Assembly: GCA_963692865.2 (NCBI GenBank)
Contig: OY843592.1
Location: 128,001 to 192,000, forward strand
DNA: 64,000 nucleotides
Source of the DNA: a bacterium
Lineage (GTDB): Bacteria > UBA8248
Reading direction: 5' to 3'
This document shows, one piece after another, positions 1-11,149 of the stretch (position 1 is the stretch's first letter; each line of letters starts with the position of its first letter). A model generated the notes under the pieces. The model searched no databases. It was not told where the DNA came from and saw only the letters and a list, made by a program, of their open reading frames with translations. The translations under genes and the position numbers were made by a program.

Positions 1-71
1 GCCGGTCGCGATAGTGGAGGATCAGGACGAGGATTTTTGCTGACTCATAATTCCCAAGGAGGAGAACTCTC

Positions 72-1217
72 ATGAAAAAGTTCAGGCTCATCATCGCCGT
101 CGCGGCGCTGTTCGCGCTCCTCGCCGCGGCGCCGGCCCCGGCCGAAGCGGCCAAGAAACTCAAGAACATCAAGGTGACGATGGCGAACCCGCTGTTCAAC
201 CCGGGCATATCGTTTCTGTGGATCGGTAACTTCCTCGGCTACTACCAGGAAAACGGCGTGGACGCGCAGTTCGTCGCCGCACAGGGCGGCGCCCAGGCGA
301 TGGGCTGGGTGCTCTCGGGCCGCACGCACGTCGGCCTGCCGAGGCCCATCCCGATCCTCTTCCGCGCCGCGCGCGGCAAGAAGATGCCCCCCGTCAAGGG
401 CGTCTACATCCTGAACCGCGACGCCATCTACGCCGACGGCGTGGCCGTGCCGCCGGGCAGCAAGATCAAGTCCGTCTGCGACTTGCAGGGCAAGAAGGTG
501 GGCGTGATGAGCCAGCGCGACTCGGGCCCCATCTTCGTGAGAAAGGCGCTCGAGACCTGCGGCATCCCCGCCGCCAAGCAGGAGGTGACGTATCTGCCCG
601 TCGGGCCGGTCTCGAAGGCCGCCACGGCGATGAAGCTCGGCCGCGTGGACGCCTGGGCGAACGTGGACATCCAGTACACCCTGGCGGCGGCGCGCGGATT
701 CAAGTTCGACATGATTCCCTACCAGAAGGACTGGACGCAGAACCTGTTCGGAAACGTGGTGTGGATCAACAAGAAGTTCCTGGCGGACAACCGCGCGACC
801 GTGGTGGGCTTCCTGCGCGGCCTGGCCAAGGGAAGCCTCTTCTTCTACACGAACCCCGAGGCCGCGCTCCAGGTGCACTGGGTGCTCTACCCCGAGTCCA
901 AGCCCAAGGGCATGAGCGACGCGGAGGCCACCGCCTTGATGATCAAGGTGCTGAAGGCGCGCGCGCCGAAGCTCAAGCTCGATGACGAGAAGATCAAGAA
1001 GTTCGGCGCGCACCACGACGGCGAATGGGCCGAGTACGTGAAGTTCGTGGGTCTGGACAAGAAGCTCACCGACGCGCAGGTGAAATCGCTCTACACGAAC
1101 GAACTGATCGATGAGGTCAACAACTTCGACCGGAACGAGGTGATCAACCGCGCCAAGAACTTCGACTTCGCCAAGGAGCTCAAGCGCTTCAAGGCGATGA
1201 TGAAGATGCAGAAATAA
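72..1217 (+). CDS. ABC transporter substrate-binding protein (NMT1/THI5, SsuA/TauA-like)
   Basis: Signal peptide MKKFRLIIAVAALFALLAAAPAPAEA; GYYQENGVD and DLQGKKVGV motifs; GGAGGAG RBS; first gene of an SBP-permease-ATPase run. Confidence 0.85.
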   Translation: MKKFRLIIAVAALFALLAAAPAPAEAAKKLKNIKVTMANPLFNPGISFLWIGNFLGYYQENGVDAQFVAAQGGAQAMGWVLSGRTHVGLPRPIPILFRAARGKKMPPVKGVYILNRDAIYADGVAVPPGSKIKSVCDLQGKKVGVMSQRDSGPIFVRKALETCGIPAAKQEVTYLPVGPVSKAATAMKLGRVDAWANVDIQYTLAAARGFKFDMIPYQKDWTQNLFGNVVWINKKFLADNRATVVGFLRGLAKGSLFFYTNPEAALQVHWVLYPESKPKGMSDAEATALMIKVLKARAPKLKLDDEKIKKFGAHHDGEWAEYVKFVGLDKKLTDAQVKSLYTNELIDEVNNFDRNEVINRAKNFDFAKELKRFKAMMKMQK

Positions 1218-1229
1218 AAGGCAGGCGAA

Positions 1230-2150
1230 ATGGCGACCACAGATCAGAAGAACGAAACATCAAAGAGCGCGGGCGGTCCCTCGCTTTCGGAGACGCTGCT
1301 CCAGAGGCCGTATCTGCTCTTCGGCGTATCCTTCGTGGTGTTGCTGGTCGTATGGGAGTGGACGGTTACCTACTTCGAGGTGGACGACTTCATCTTCCCG
1401 GCGCCCTCGGGCGTGGCGACGGCGCTCATGCGCGGGCTGTTCTTCTACGACGTGGGCAGCGGCGTGGGCGGCGCGGCAGACTTCATGGGACTGATGAAGA
1501 CGAGCTTCTACAACCACATCAGCCACACGCTGTTCGAGGCCGTCATGGGCTTTTTCATGGGCAGCATCATCGGGCTGGGCCTGGGGCTGGTGTTCATGCA
1601 GTCCAAATGGGTCGAGGCGATCATCATGCCCTACGTGGTGGCGTTCCAGACCCTCCCCAAGCTCGCCATCGCGCCCCTGTTCATCATCTGGTTCGGCTAC
1701 GAGGTGAAGTCGAAGATATTCCTGGCCGGTCTCGTGGCGTTCTTCCCGCTGCTGGTGAACACGATGGTCGGGCTCAAGTCCGCCGCGTCCGACCAGATAG
1801 ACCTCATGCGCTCGCTCTCCGCCTCGCGCTGGCAGATGTTCTGGAAGATGCAGTTCCCGAACGCCCTGCCCTTCATCTTCGCGGGCTTCGAGATAGCGGT
1901 GGTGTTCAGCCTGCTCGGCGCGATTCTGGGCGAGTTCGTGGGCGCCGGCCAGTGCATGTGGGGCGGCCGCGGCCAGTGCGGTCTGGGGATACTGCTCATG
2001 CAGATGAGCTTCAGCAGCGACACCACGGGCACGTTCGCCATCCTGGTCATCCTCTCGTGCATGGGGCTGGGAATGCACCAGGTGGTGCGCTTCGTGAAGA
2101 AAAAAGTGCTCTTCTGGGCGCCCGAGACGGACAAGACGATGGGCGCCTGA
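1230..2150 (+). CDS. ABC transporter permease (SsuC/TauC family)
   Basis: Multiple TM segments; PKLAIAPLFIIWFG and EAA-like loop DLMRSLSASRWQMFWKMQFPNALP. Confidence 0.9.
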   Translation: MATTDQKNETSKSAGGPSLSETLLQRPYLLFGVSFVVLLVVWEWTVTYFEVDDFIFPAPSGVATALMRGLFFYDVGSGVGGAADFMGLMKTSFYNHISHTLFEAVMGFFMGSIIGLGLGLVFMQSKWVEAIIMPYVVAFQTLPKLAIAPLFIIWFGYEVKSKIFLAGLVAFFPLLVNTMVGLKSAASDQIDLMRSLSASRWQMFWKMQFPNALPFIFAGFEIAVVFSLLGAILGEFVGAGQCMWGGRGQCGLGILLMQMSFSSDTTGTFAILVILSCMGLGMHQVVRFVKKKVLFWAPETDKTMGA

Positions 2151-2211
2151 TAGTCGGAATTTTCATGGAAACCGCCCCCGGCGGTTCTTTCGCCGGGGGT
2201 TTCGGGGAAAG

Positions 2212-2985
<774 letters not shown>

Positions 2986-3022
2986 GGAAAACACTGAATA
3001 GCCATTCTCAGGAGCGCAACGT

Positions 3023-3826
3023 ATGGAGAAACTCATCATCACCAACTGCGCGGCGGACAGCCGGAAGCACGCGGGCGTCCCCAAGCGGCTCCAGACGCCC
3101 GACGCCGTCGCCAAGGAAGTCAGGGAAAGCTACGAGGCGGGCGCGGCCATCGCCCACATCCACGGCATCCCGATGAAGCTCGAAAGCTGGGAGCCGCTCA
3201 CGAACGCTATCCGCGAGGCCTGCCCCGAGGTGCTGATCCAGTTCGGAATCGCCGCGATGGGCCTTCCGGGCCGGCAGAAGATCATCCATCTGAAGCCGGA
3301 CATGGCCTCCATCGCCCTGGGCTCCCATGACTTCGCCTTCGTGGACGCCGATCTGCTCGTCGAGCACTCCCGCCAGGAGATTGAGGACCAGGTGCGCCTG
3401 TTCAACGACCATGGTGTCAAGCCCGAGTTCGAGTGCTTCAACCTGGGGCATCTCTGGAACCTCGAATGGCTGCTCGACAAGGGGCTGGTGGAAGACCCGG
3501 TCGTCATCACCATCTTCTTCGGCTGGCCGGGCGGCTTCTACGCTCCCGCCACGCTCAAGGAGCTTCTCCACCGCATCGACCACCTGCCCGAGGGCTGCGT
3601 GTTCTCGTGCAGTTCGGCGGGCCCCACTTCCAACGCGCTCGAAACCGTCACCATCATCCAGGGCGGCCACGTGCGCGTAGGCACCGAGGATGAGCCCTAC
3701 TACGCCGAAGGCGTGCTGTGCGAGAACAACGCGCAGCTCGTCGCGCGCATCACGCGCATCGGCCACGAACTCGGGCGCGACCCGGCCACGGTCGATGAGG
3801 CGAAGAAGATACTCGGCATGGACTAG
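3023..3826 (+). CDS. Beta-keto acid cleavage enzyme (BKACE/DUF849, Kce-like)
   Basis: EAGAAIAHIH metal-binding HxH, GVKPEFECF, GGHVRVGTED, GRDPATVDEAKKILG. Confidence 0.9.
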   Translation: MEKLIITNCAADSRKHAGVPKRLQTPDAVAKEVRESYEAGAAIAHIHGIPMKLESWEPLTNAIREACPEVLIQFGIAAMGLPGRQKIIHLKPDMASIALGSHDFAFVDADLLVEHSRQEIEDQVRLFNDHGVKPEFECFNLGHLWNLEWLLDKGLVEDPVVITIFFGWPGGFYAPATLKELLHRIDHLPEGCVFSCSSAGPTSNALETVTIIQGGHVRVGTEDEPYYAEGVLCENNAQLVARITRIGHELGRDPATVDEAKKILGMD

Positions 3827-3858
3827 ACTTTGGCCCGGCAACGCGAGAGGAGCAATGA

Positions 3859-4656
3859 ATGGAAAAGATGATGATCGTCAACTGCGCGGCGGACACCTCG
3901 ATGCACGAGGGCGTGCCGCAGCGCTTCGCGGATTCGGAAGTCCTCGCCGACTCGGTCGAAAAAGCATACGAGGCGGGCGCGTGCATCGCGCACATCCACG
4001 CGCCGCCCACGAACTACGAGGCCTGGGCGTCTCACTCCAGGGCCATCCGCGACAGGTGCGGGGTCATGCTTCAGTACGGCATCTCGACCCAGACGGTCGA
4101 TCAGCGGAAAGAGGTGGTCAAGAACCATCCCGAGATGATGTCCGTCGCGGTGGGCGCACACAACATGGCCTTCATCGCGCGCGACGTGATGATGCTCCAC
4201 CCCCGCGAGGAACTGGCCGAGATGATGCGGCTCTGCAAGGACTATGGCGTCAAGCCCGAGTTCGAGGTCTTCACGCTGGGCGAGACCTGGATGATCGACG
4301 ACCTGCTCCAGAAAGGACTCGTGGAGCCGCCGATATTGATGACGTGCTTCTTCGGGCGTCCGGGCGGGGCGTGGTCGCCGCCTTCCTTAAGCGAGTTCCT
4401 GCACCGCGTATCGAACCTGCCCGCCGATTCGGTCTACATCACGAGCGCCACCGGCCCCACCCACGTCCACATGCAGACGATGGCGGTCATGCACGGCGGC
4501 CACGTGCGCGTGGGCACCGAGGATGAGCCGTATCTCCACCCCGGCGAACTCGGCGACAACGCGGATCACGTCGCGCGCATCGCGCGAATCGCGGGCGAAA
4601 TGGGCCGCGAGATCGCGAACGTGGATGAGGCGAAAACACTGATAGGGATCGCGTAA
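3859..4656 (+). CDS. Second BKACE/DUF849 paralog
   Basis: Same motifs: EAGACIAHIH, GVKPEFEVF, GGHVRVGTED. Confidence 0.9.
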   Translation: MEKMMIVNCAADTSMHEGVPQRFADSEVLADSVEKAYEAGACIAHIHAPPTNYEAWASHSRAIRDRCGVMLQYGISTQTVDQRKEVVKNHPEMMSVAVGAHNMAFIARDVMMLHPREELAEMMRLCKDYGVKPEFEVFTLGETWMIDDLLQKGLVEPPILMTCFFGRPGGAWSPPSLSEFLHRVSNLPADSVYITSATGPTHVHMQTMAVMHGGHVRVGTEDEPYLHPGELGDNADHVARIARIAGEMGREIANVDEAKTLIGIA

Positions 4657-4666
4657 AAGATTTCAA

Positions 4667-4986
4667 AGGGGATTGTCGATAGCGGGATTCCGGGCTTTGG
4701 ATTCGAAAAGGAATGGATGGATTCATTCCCCCCTTGAAGGCCATTGGCAACTAATTGAAGAGGAGGAACCACTCCCCATCCAGAATAACGGTGACGGGAT
4801 ACCGCCTTGCCGGAGGGAGTGTAGGGGTCGCATACATGCGACCCGTGTTGTGAAGGCAAAAAGGCAGGGCCGCATGTATGTCGGACATATATGTCCGACC
4901 TACACACGGGGGATGACTCTTCGCAGATCGCTGAACGCCGGAATGTCGGTGAACACTCTCGATTGGGGGACTTTTTCAACAGCCCC
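4667..4986. repeat. Composite MITE/REP element; copy of the family at 54025-54209
   Basis: Shares ATAACGGTGACGGGATACCGCCTTGCCGGAGGG-GTGTAGGGG with about 54048-54090; ends in TTTTTCAACAGCCCC; contains GTAG-type palindromes. Confidence 0.75.
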
Positions 4987-5063
4987 GTAATGATGAGACT
5001 GATAGGTAAACATCATTCAAAAATTTCACAATTTCTCCACCCATACTCTTAAGGACGGATAAC

Positions 5064-6749
5064 ATGCCCAAGATGAGCGGGGCGCAGTTCATGGCTGACG
5101 CCCTCCACGCCTACGGCGTCACCCACATTTTCTTCGTGCCGACGATTCTGAGCCACTCCCTCGCCCAGATGGAGGAGCGCGGCACGGGCATCGCCCGCGT
5201 CCTCACCCACGGGGAGAAGGCGGCGGCCTACATGGCGGACGGCTACGCGCGCGCCTCGGGCCGCCCCGGCGTCTGCATGGCGCAGATCGTGGGCGGCGTG
5301 AACCTTGCGGCGGGGCTTCGCGACGCCCACCTGGCCTGCGCGCCCATCATCGCCTTCACGGGCGGCACCACGCCGCAGATCCGCTACCGGAACGCCTACC
5401 AGGAAATAGAGGACATCAGCGCGTTCGACCCGATCACCAAGTTCAACGCCACCGTGGATACCGTCGAGCGCTTCCCGGACATGATCCGCCAGGCCTTCCG
5501 CGTCGCCACCTCGGGAACGCCCGGCCCCGTGCACCTGCGCTTCGGCGGGAACCTGGGCCAGGTGGAGCAGGACGTGGCGGACCTGGAACTCATCGTCGAG
5601 GAGAATTTCAAAGAAGTCCCCGCCTACAGGCCGGAACCGGAGCCTGCGAGCATCAAACGGGCGCTGGAGGTCATCGCGGGAGCCGAGCGGCCCATCATCG
5701 TCGCGGGCGGCGGCGTCAGAACTTCCCAGGCCAACGCGGAACTCGTGGCCTTCGCCGAGAAACTCCAGATTCCCGTCGCCACCTCCATGAACGGCAAGGA
5801 AACGATTCGGGGCGATCACCCGCTCTCGGTCGGCGTGGTGGGCACGTATTCGAGGAGATGCGCCAACGAACTGGTATCGGAAGCCGACCTCGTCTTTTTC
5901 ATCGGCACCCAGACGGGCGGCATGACCACCCACTTCTGGCGCGTGCCGAAAATCGGCGTCAAGGCGGTCCAGCTCGACATCGACCCCGAGGAACTCGGGC
6001 GCAACTACCCGCTCGAGGCCTCAATTATCGGGGATGCGAAAATCGCCCTCGGCAAGCTCACCGAAGCGGCGGAAGAGGTGCCCGAACGCGGGGCGTGGCT
6101 CTCGCGCGTGGAGACGGTATGCGCGGCGTGGCGGGCCGAGTTCGCCCCGCTCCTGAACTCGGACGCCTCGCCCATGCGGCCCGAGAGGGTTTGTAAGACG
6201 CTGAGCGAGCGCCTGCCGCCTGACGCCATCGTGCTCGCCGACACCGGGCATTCGGGCATGTGGACGGGCGGCTATCTGGACCTCAAAAGCCCCGATATCG
6301 GCTTCATGCGCGCGGCGGGCCACCTGGGCTGGGGGTTCCCGGCGGCGCTCGGGGCGAAGTGCGGCGCGCCCGAGCGGCCCGTTATCCTCTTCACGGGCGA
6401 TGCGGGATTCTGGTATCACATCGGCGAAGTCGAAACCGCCGTGCGCTGGGGGATCAACGCCGTCATCCTCGTCAACAACAACGGCTCCCAGAACCAGGAG
6501 ACCAAGATTTTCGACGACGCCTACGGCGGGGCGCAGCACGGCAAGGCCTACGAACTCTGGCACTTCAACCAGACGAACTTCACGGAAATCGCAAAGTCGA
6601 TGGGCGCCGCGAGCGTCCGCGTGGAAAAACCGAATGAGCTCGGCTCCGCCCTCGATCAGGCCTTCAGCATGAAGGACGGCCCCGTGGTCCTCGACGTCGT
6701 AACCGACATCGAGGCCCTCGCGCCGGGCGCCTACGGGCCTGAGGGGTAG
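5064..6749 (+). CDS. Thiamine-diphosphate-dependent enzyme (acetolactate synthase large subunit-like)
   Basis: THGEKAAAYMADGYARASG, GPVHL, ThDP motif GDAG...NN. Confidence 0.9.
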   Translation: MPKMSGAQFMADALHAYGVTHIFFVPTILSHSLAQMEERGTGIARVLTHGEKAAAYMADGYARASGRPGVCMAQIVGGVNLAAGLRDAHLACAPIIAFTGGTTPQIRYRNAYQEIEDISAFDPITKFNATVDTVERFPDMIRQAFRVATSGTPGPVHLRFGGNLGQVEQDVADLELIVEENFKEVPAYRPEPEPASIKRALEVIAGAERPIIVAGGGVRTSQANAELVAFAEKLQIPVATSMNGKETIRGDHPLSVGVVGTYSRRCANELVSEADLVFFIGTQTGGMTTHFWRVPKIGVKAVQLDIDPEELGRNYPLEASIIGDAKIALGKLTEAAEEVPERGAWLSRVETVCAAWRAEFAPLLNSDASPMRPERVCKTLSERLPPDAIVLADTGHSGMWTGGYLDLKSPDIGFMRAAGHLGWGFPAALGAKCGAPERPVILFTGDAGFWYHIGEVETAVRWGINAVILVNNNGSQNQETKIFDDAYGGAQHGKAYELWHFNQTNFTEIAKSMGAASVRVEKPNELGSALDQAFSMKDGPVVLDVVTDIEALAPGAYGPEG

Positions 6750-6838
6750 AATGATCAGAAAGCTAAGCGTCGGATAACAAGAGAGTGCAGGCAAAGCAAA
6801 ATTGATACATAAGCCTCTCCAATTCACGACATTTATTG

Positions 6839-7210
6839 TCAAACCTCTAAAATTTTCTTGAGGTTCGCCCAAGACCAACGAATCAGTCGACCAGCATTTG
6901 GTACAGGAGTCGGATGAGAATCCTTGTAGCCAATTATCTGGACAATCGGTTTCCGCAACTCACGCGCTATCGCAACTTCTTTTCTCACACCAGAAGCACG
7001 GTGTGTTTTAGTACCTACAAGTACGATTACGATATCTGATCGATTAATTCTACTTTTCGCCTCCCGTTCCCAATTAGCCTGAGGGGCTTCTTCTTTCATC
7101 GACCAATCCGCAGCAGAAAACGGGGATTCAGGAAGTCTAAATTGCCCCGCAAAGAAATGTTTCAATACTTGATCCTCATCAAAATCAAAACTGATAAACG
7201 CTCTTTTCAT
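6839..7210 (-). CDS. TIR-domain protein (MTH538/DUF1863, ThsB-like)
   Basis: AFISFDFDED start, SDIVIVLVGTKT, catalytic-Glu position GVRKEVAIA; AT-rich coding. Confidence 0.85.
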   Translation of the reverse strand: MKRAFISFDFDEDQVLKHFFAGQFRLPESPFSAADWSMKEEAPQANWEREAKSRINRSDIVIVLVGTKTHRASGVRKEVAIARELRKPIVQIIGYKDSHPTPVPNAGRLIRWSWANLKKILEV

Positions 7211-7234
7211 TACCTACACGCTCCATTCTCAAGT

Positions 7235-7735
7235 TCAATTATTCCTACGTATCGAGATTGCTTCTTCAACAGCATTGGCTAGATGTTTTTTAATCCAATT
7301 GTATCGCTCCTGACTGTTACTTCCTGCCGGATTGTAACATTTCACAATTGAAGAAAGTTTCTTGCCAGTTTTGCCATGCTTGATATAGTCAAAGGGATTT
7401 CCCCCTTTGGTTGATACTTTCCCGTCGGCATTTTTCAACCCGTGAATGTGAATGCCCACAACGCCCATTTCATCGTCCCACGCTTTAATAATCTCGTGGT
7501 TGATCCACTTACGTCCTGCCGTGTTTGAGCCTACAAGAACAACCGCACAGGTGCGTCCTTCCATTTGTTCGCCGATCCATTTTTTAATGGCTGTCTCTCC
7601 ACCTTTCTTTACAACTTCCCAAACATTGTCCGTAGCAGGTCGATTACCAACGATTACGCCTATGTTACGAACTGTAGCCACGCGCCAATTATCTGGTTGA
7701 TAGTGAAAACTGTAGAAAACTCTCCTTGTCATCAT
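7235..7735 (-). CDS. TIR-domain protein (DUF1863, ThsB-like)
   Basis: RVFYSFHYQPDNWR, CAVVLVGSNTAGRKWINHEI, GVVGIHIHGLK; ATG overlaps the upstream stop (ATGATG). Confidence 0.9.
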   Translation of the reverse strand: MMTRRVFYSFHYQPDNWRVATVRNIGVIVGNRPATDNVWEVVKKGGETAIKKWIGEQMEGRTCAVVLVGSNTAGRKWINHEIIKAWDDEMGVVGIHIHGLKNADGKVSTKGGNPFDYIKHGKTGKKLSSIVKCYNPAGSNSQERYNWIKKHLANAVEEAISIRRNN

Positions 7736-8157
7736 ACACACCTAATAAAGAGGATTGTCAGAAGTACGAGCATTAAAATTAAAAGAAATAAATAAAACCA
7801 GAGGACGGACCAAGACCAAGCAATTTTCCAAACGGAATCGACCGACTTGGCATATGGGCGGTAATCCAGATCAAAGGGAACTATTTCCTTTCCAGCCACG
7901 ATAGCCTCATGGAGTGCTCTATAACATTTTTCTAGGTGAAGATATCGGGTATCCATGAACCAAAAAGCGATGACAGGGATGCAGCCACCCACACCAATTA
8001 GCCAGTGCGGTTCTTCCGATAAACCTGAGAAGGCGAAAATTGCAGTAACCAGCGATACGGTCCAAGTTTTCATTTGGGTGCTATTGCCCGCCATACGGGA
8101 AACAATGGATTGAACCATTTTAAGGTGCTCGATCATCTTATGAGGGTCATTTTTCAT
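7732..8157 (-). CDS. Small membrane protein (about 3 TM), translationally coupled to a TIR gene; candidate effector
   Basis: HLKMVQSIVSRMAGNSTQMKTW, hydrophobic helices, FWFMDTRYLHLEKCYRAL, C-terminal TM. Confidence 0.75.
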   Translation of the reverse strand: MKNDPHKMIEHLKMVQSIVSRMAGNSTQMKTWTVSLVTAIFAFSGLSEEPHWLIGVGGCIPVIAFWFMDTRYLHLEKCYRALHEAIVAGKEIVPFDLDYRPYAKSVDSVWKIAWSWSVLWFYLFLLILMLVLLTILFIRCV

Positions 8158-8314
8158 ATCGTGAAATTACCACATCACTGAGTAACAAGAAAAGTTTTCA
8201 AAGTTCCAACAACACTTCGTTTGGATACAGAATCTCCATCATTACTTACCCCCTAAAACACTCGCACGATTAGAGTCAGCAAGCACACTTTACACCCAAG
8301 TCTGCACGGATGTT

Positions 8315-8420
8315 CTAATGCGAAAGTATCTGATTCAGGAAGAGTTTCGTGCGGTCGGATTGGGGGTTGTTGAAGAATTCTTCGGGTTCGTTCCGCTCGA
8401 CGACCCGGCCCTCGTCCATG
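8315..8420 (-). pseudogene. Diverged duplicate of the aapP 3' end (34 codons plus stop)
   Basis: [34 protein letters not shown] versus aap[35 protein letters not shown]; about 90/106 nt identical to 12351-12456 by manual count. Confidence 0.9.
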
Positions 8421-8426
8421 CCCGGC

Positions 8427-8843
8427 TCACCGGCAATGCGTTGCCTCCAGGAAAGCGCGCAGACGCCGCGCCAAGGCATCCTCATCGACAAGTTCACACT
8501 CCCACAGCGTAAGCGAATTCCAGCCGGCGGTTGCAAGTTCGTCCAGTTGCTTCGCATGACGCTCGACGTTGCGCGCAATCTTCGATTCCCAGTATTCGGC
8601 GTTGGTTTTCGGCAGGCGGTTCCCGCGCTTGCACGAATGACCGTGCCAAAAGCACCCGTTCACGAAGATGACCCTCCGGCGCGGGCCGAACACGATATCG
8701 GGCTTGCCCGGCAAATCCTTCCTGTGCAGCCGGTAACGATACCCCATGCGATGCAATATCCGCCGAACTTTCATCTCGGGTTTGGTGTCGCGGCCCTTGA
8801 CCGCCCGCATCGTCCGGCTGCGTTGCTCGGAAGTCATCGTCAT
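8427..8843 (-). CDS. vsr: Very short patch repair endonuclease
   Basis: RSRTMRAVKGRDTKPE, LPGKPDIVF, FVNGCFWHGH, WECE. Confidence 0.93.
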   Translation of the reverse strand: MTMTSEQRSRTMRAVKGRDTKPEMKVRRILHRMGYRYRLHRKDLPGKPDIVFGPRRRVIFVNGCFWHGHSCKRGNRLPKTNAEYWESKIARNVERHAKQLDELATAGWNSLTLWECELVDEDALARRLRAFLEATHCR

Positions 8844-9697
8844 GACCGGCGAATGGGCGTTGGTTTCGACTCTTGTTGCAATTGTCCGCTGCGGTCGATG
8901 CGCGTCGTTCGAACGGTTTCAGCGCCTCGATGGGCCACGCTGAAACCAACGTAGTTGATTTCTTCCGGCTCGCAACGGAAGCAGTCGTTAAAGGCCTGAA
9001 GTATTTGAACATCAGAAAGCGCTTGCGGCCGGGGGTCGGGATTATTGCGGGGACTCGGAATCGTTGACGGCAAGACGTAAAGGCAAGGCGGCGGCAAACT
9101 GAACGGCCCCACAACGGTTTTTCGGGAAGAGCCGGTCAGCAACTTCGGACACGGCCTCCCTATGGCGCCGCATATCATGTCCCAGATGACAATCCCGTCG
9201 ATGCGTTGATTTCGTGAGATAATCTCGGCGCTCAGTCGAGTATGAATGCCGGACCAGGCATTGTGGCGAGGGTCGGCGCCCACGTTCGTGCAGACGCTCC
9301 AGATTATAAACTCATCCGCATGCGCGGGCCGTTCGAAAATGTTGGTGTTGTTGCCGTCGAGACACCCTTTCAACTCGATAACGGCCGTGCGGCCTGAATT
9401 GAGCCTTACGGCATAGTCATGGCGATTGGCTTCTCCCGCAGACTCCCATTTGCCGATGAAGCCCCCATCCCGCATATGGTCGAGAATATGCTTAACGAAC
9501 TCCTTCTTCTCGCGCATGGTAGCCGAGAATTGCCCGCGAATGCGTTCAATCGCGCCCCGGAACAAGCCGCTGCCGTAAAATTCCGTTTCATCAAAACCGT
9601 GATCGCCAAGCGTATGAGCCTCGGTTTTGAGAACTTCCGCAAATGCCTCTATTTTCTCCTGAAGATCCGTATTTCGTTCACATGGGATGACAGTCAT
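8840..9697 (-). CDS. Putative type II restriction endonuclease (PD-(D/E)xK)
   Basis: HDY...IELKG motif; lies between the C5 methylase and vsr with 4-nt overlaps. Confidence 0.65.
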   Translation of the reverse strand: MTVIPCERNTDLQEKIEAFAEVLKTEAHTLGDHGFDETEFYGSGLFRGAIERIRGQFSATMREKKEFVKHILDHMRDGGFIGKWESAGEANRHDYAVRLNSGRTAVIELKGCLDGNNTNIFERPAHADEFIIWSVCTNVGADPRHNAWSGIHTRLSAEIISRNQRIDGIVIWDMICGAIGRPCPKLLTGSSRKTVVGPFSLPPPCLYVLPSTIPSPRNNPDPRPQALSDVQILQAFNDCFRCEPEEINYVGFSVAHRGAETVRTTRIDRSGQLQQESKPTPIRRS

Positions 9698-10848
9698 GCG
9701 GCTTCTTGCGCCTTAGGCATATGCAACAAAATTGGTTCTATAATCTCGTTCGCCAAAAAACGCACGACAGGCACGGCGACTCCGTCCCCTGTCAGGTGGT
9801 AGGCCTCGTTATAGTTGTCGGGCAGGATGTAATCATCGGGAAGTCCCATGAGCCTTGCGGTTTCACGGCTCGAAATGAGGCGCGTCCGCACCCTATCGCC
9901 TTCAACAAAAATAACCAGTTGCCTGCTGGAGCCGCCAACCGGAGTCCGCAGGCAACCGGCAATATCGTCGAAACGCACTTCGGCGCGCTGCACTTTGCGG
10001 CCGGACTCGTCTCGCCGCGTACGCTTGTAGATCGTGCCGATTATTCGCCGTCCTTCCCGTTTCGCCGAATGAACTTTATCGAGGTTCACGTCGCTCATCA
10101 TGCCGAGAAGCTTTTGCGTTTCTTCAGGCGCGTGCCAGGAAACGTCTTCGGGATCGTCTTCGACCAGGTCGGAAAATCCGATGCTGCGAGTCGGCGGCGC
10201 AGTGAGACTCCACCATATCCAGTTTTCTTTCAAGTGGATCGGCAATTTGTCGAAAGCGGTCCTCAGCGTGCGGGGATGAAACGTGTCGCTCGGATACTCC
10301 TGAGAAAGCATTTCAGGAACATCAATATCGTCTCTAACCGCAAGGAGCAGAAGCCGGGGTCGCGATTGGGGAAGGAACAACGCGGCATCAATAATCAAAG
10401 CGCCGAATCTATAGTTGCCGGCGTTCAGCGCACTGCAAATCGCCTGAAAATCCTTGCCATCGTGGGAGGTCAAAGTCCCGCGAACATTTTCCAGAACGAT
10501 GACGCCGGGCGCTCTTGACTCGTACGCGAGCTCCATCATCAGACGCCAGAAGGACCAGAAAGCGCTCGAGCGCTCGCCTTTCAAGCCGGCGCCCACTCCG
10601 GCAAGAGACAAGTCCTGACAGGGAAAAGAGGCCCAAACGAGATTGGCGGAATCAATCAGGTCGTTCGATGTTACGTTCCGGATATCATCGCATAGAAGAT
10701 GGCCGGCGCCCCAGTTGAGTCCGTACGTTGCGGCTTTCTTCGGATCAAAGTCGTTCGCGAACAGACATTGCCATTCATCCCCCAGCCCGGCGCGAGCCAT
10801 GCCTGCGCCTGCGAAAAACTCATAGAAACTGCCGATCATGCAGTCCAC
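9694..10848 (-). CDS. dcm: DNA (cytosine-5)-methyltransferase
   Basis: Motif I FAGAG, IV FPCQDLS, VI ENV, VIII QSRPR, X GDGV. Confidence 0.95.
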   Translation of the reverse strand: MDCMIGSFYEFFAGAGMARAGLGDEWQCLFANDFDPKKAATYGLNWGAGHLLCDDIRNVTSNDLIDSANLVWASFPCQDLSLAGVGAGLKGERSSAFWSFWRLMMELAYESRAPGVIVLENVRGTLTSHDGKDFQAICSALNAGNYRFGALIIDAALFLPQSRPRLLLLAVRDDIDVPEMLSQEYPSDTFHPRTLRTAFDKLPIHLKENWIWWSLTAPPTRSIGFSDLVEDDPEDVSWHAPEETQKLLGMMSDVNLDKVHSAKREGRRIIGTIYKRTRRDESGRKVQRAEVRFDDIAGCLRTPVGGSSRQLVIFVEGDRVRTRLISSRETARLMGLPDDYILPDNYNEAYHLTGDGVAVPVVRFLANEIIEPILLHMPKAQEAA

Positions 10849-11149
10849 CTATGCTTTCGGGCGATGGGCAATGTCTAAAATACCGAAGCCTTCGCTTGGG
10901 GTCTTCCCAAGGGTAATATAATTTGCCTTCCTGTGGGAAACAAACGCGACAGCCGAGTCCGCAGTCAATGCGAAGCTACGAGACGCCCTTACCCGCCTGC
11001 TCCGAAGCCTCGTGAACCATCGGACGGAGATATCAGCATCGGCAAACCCTCTGTTATCATCAAGTTCTATCCCAAAAATTACCCAAAAACAAGCACGACG
11101 AATCCTCTACCCTCATGCGAAAATACCCGGCTCGGGACGAGGGGGGGGG

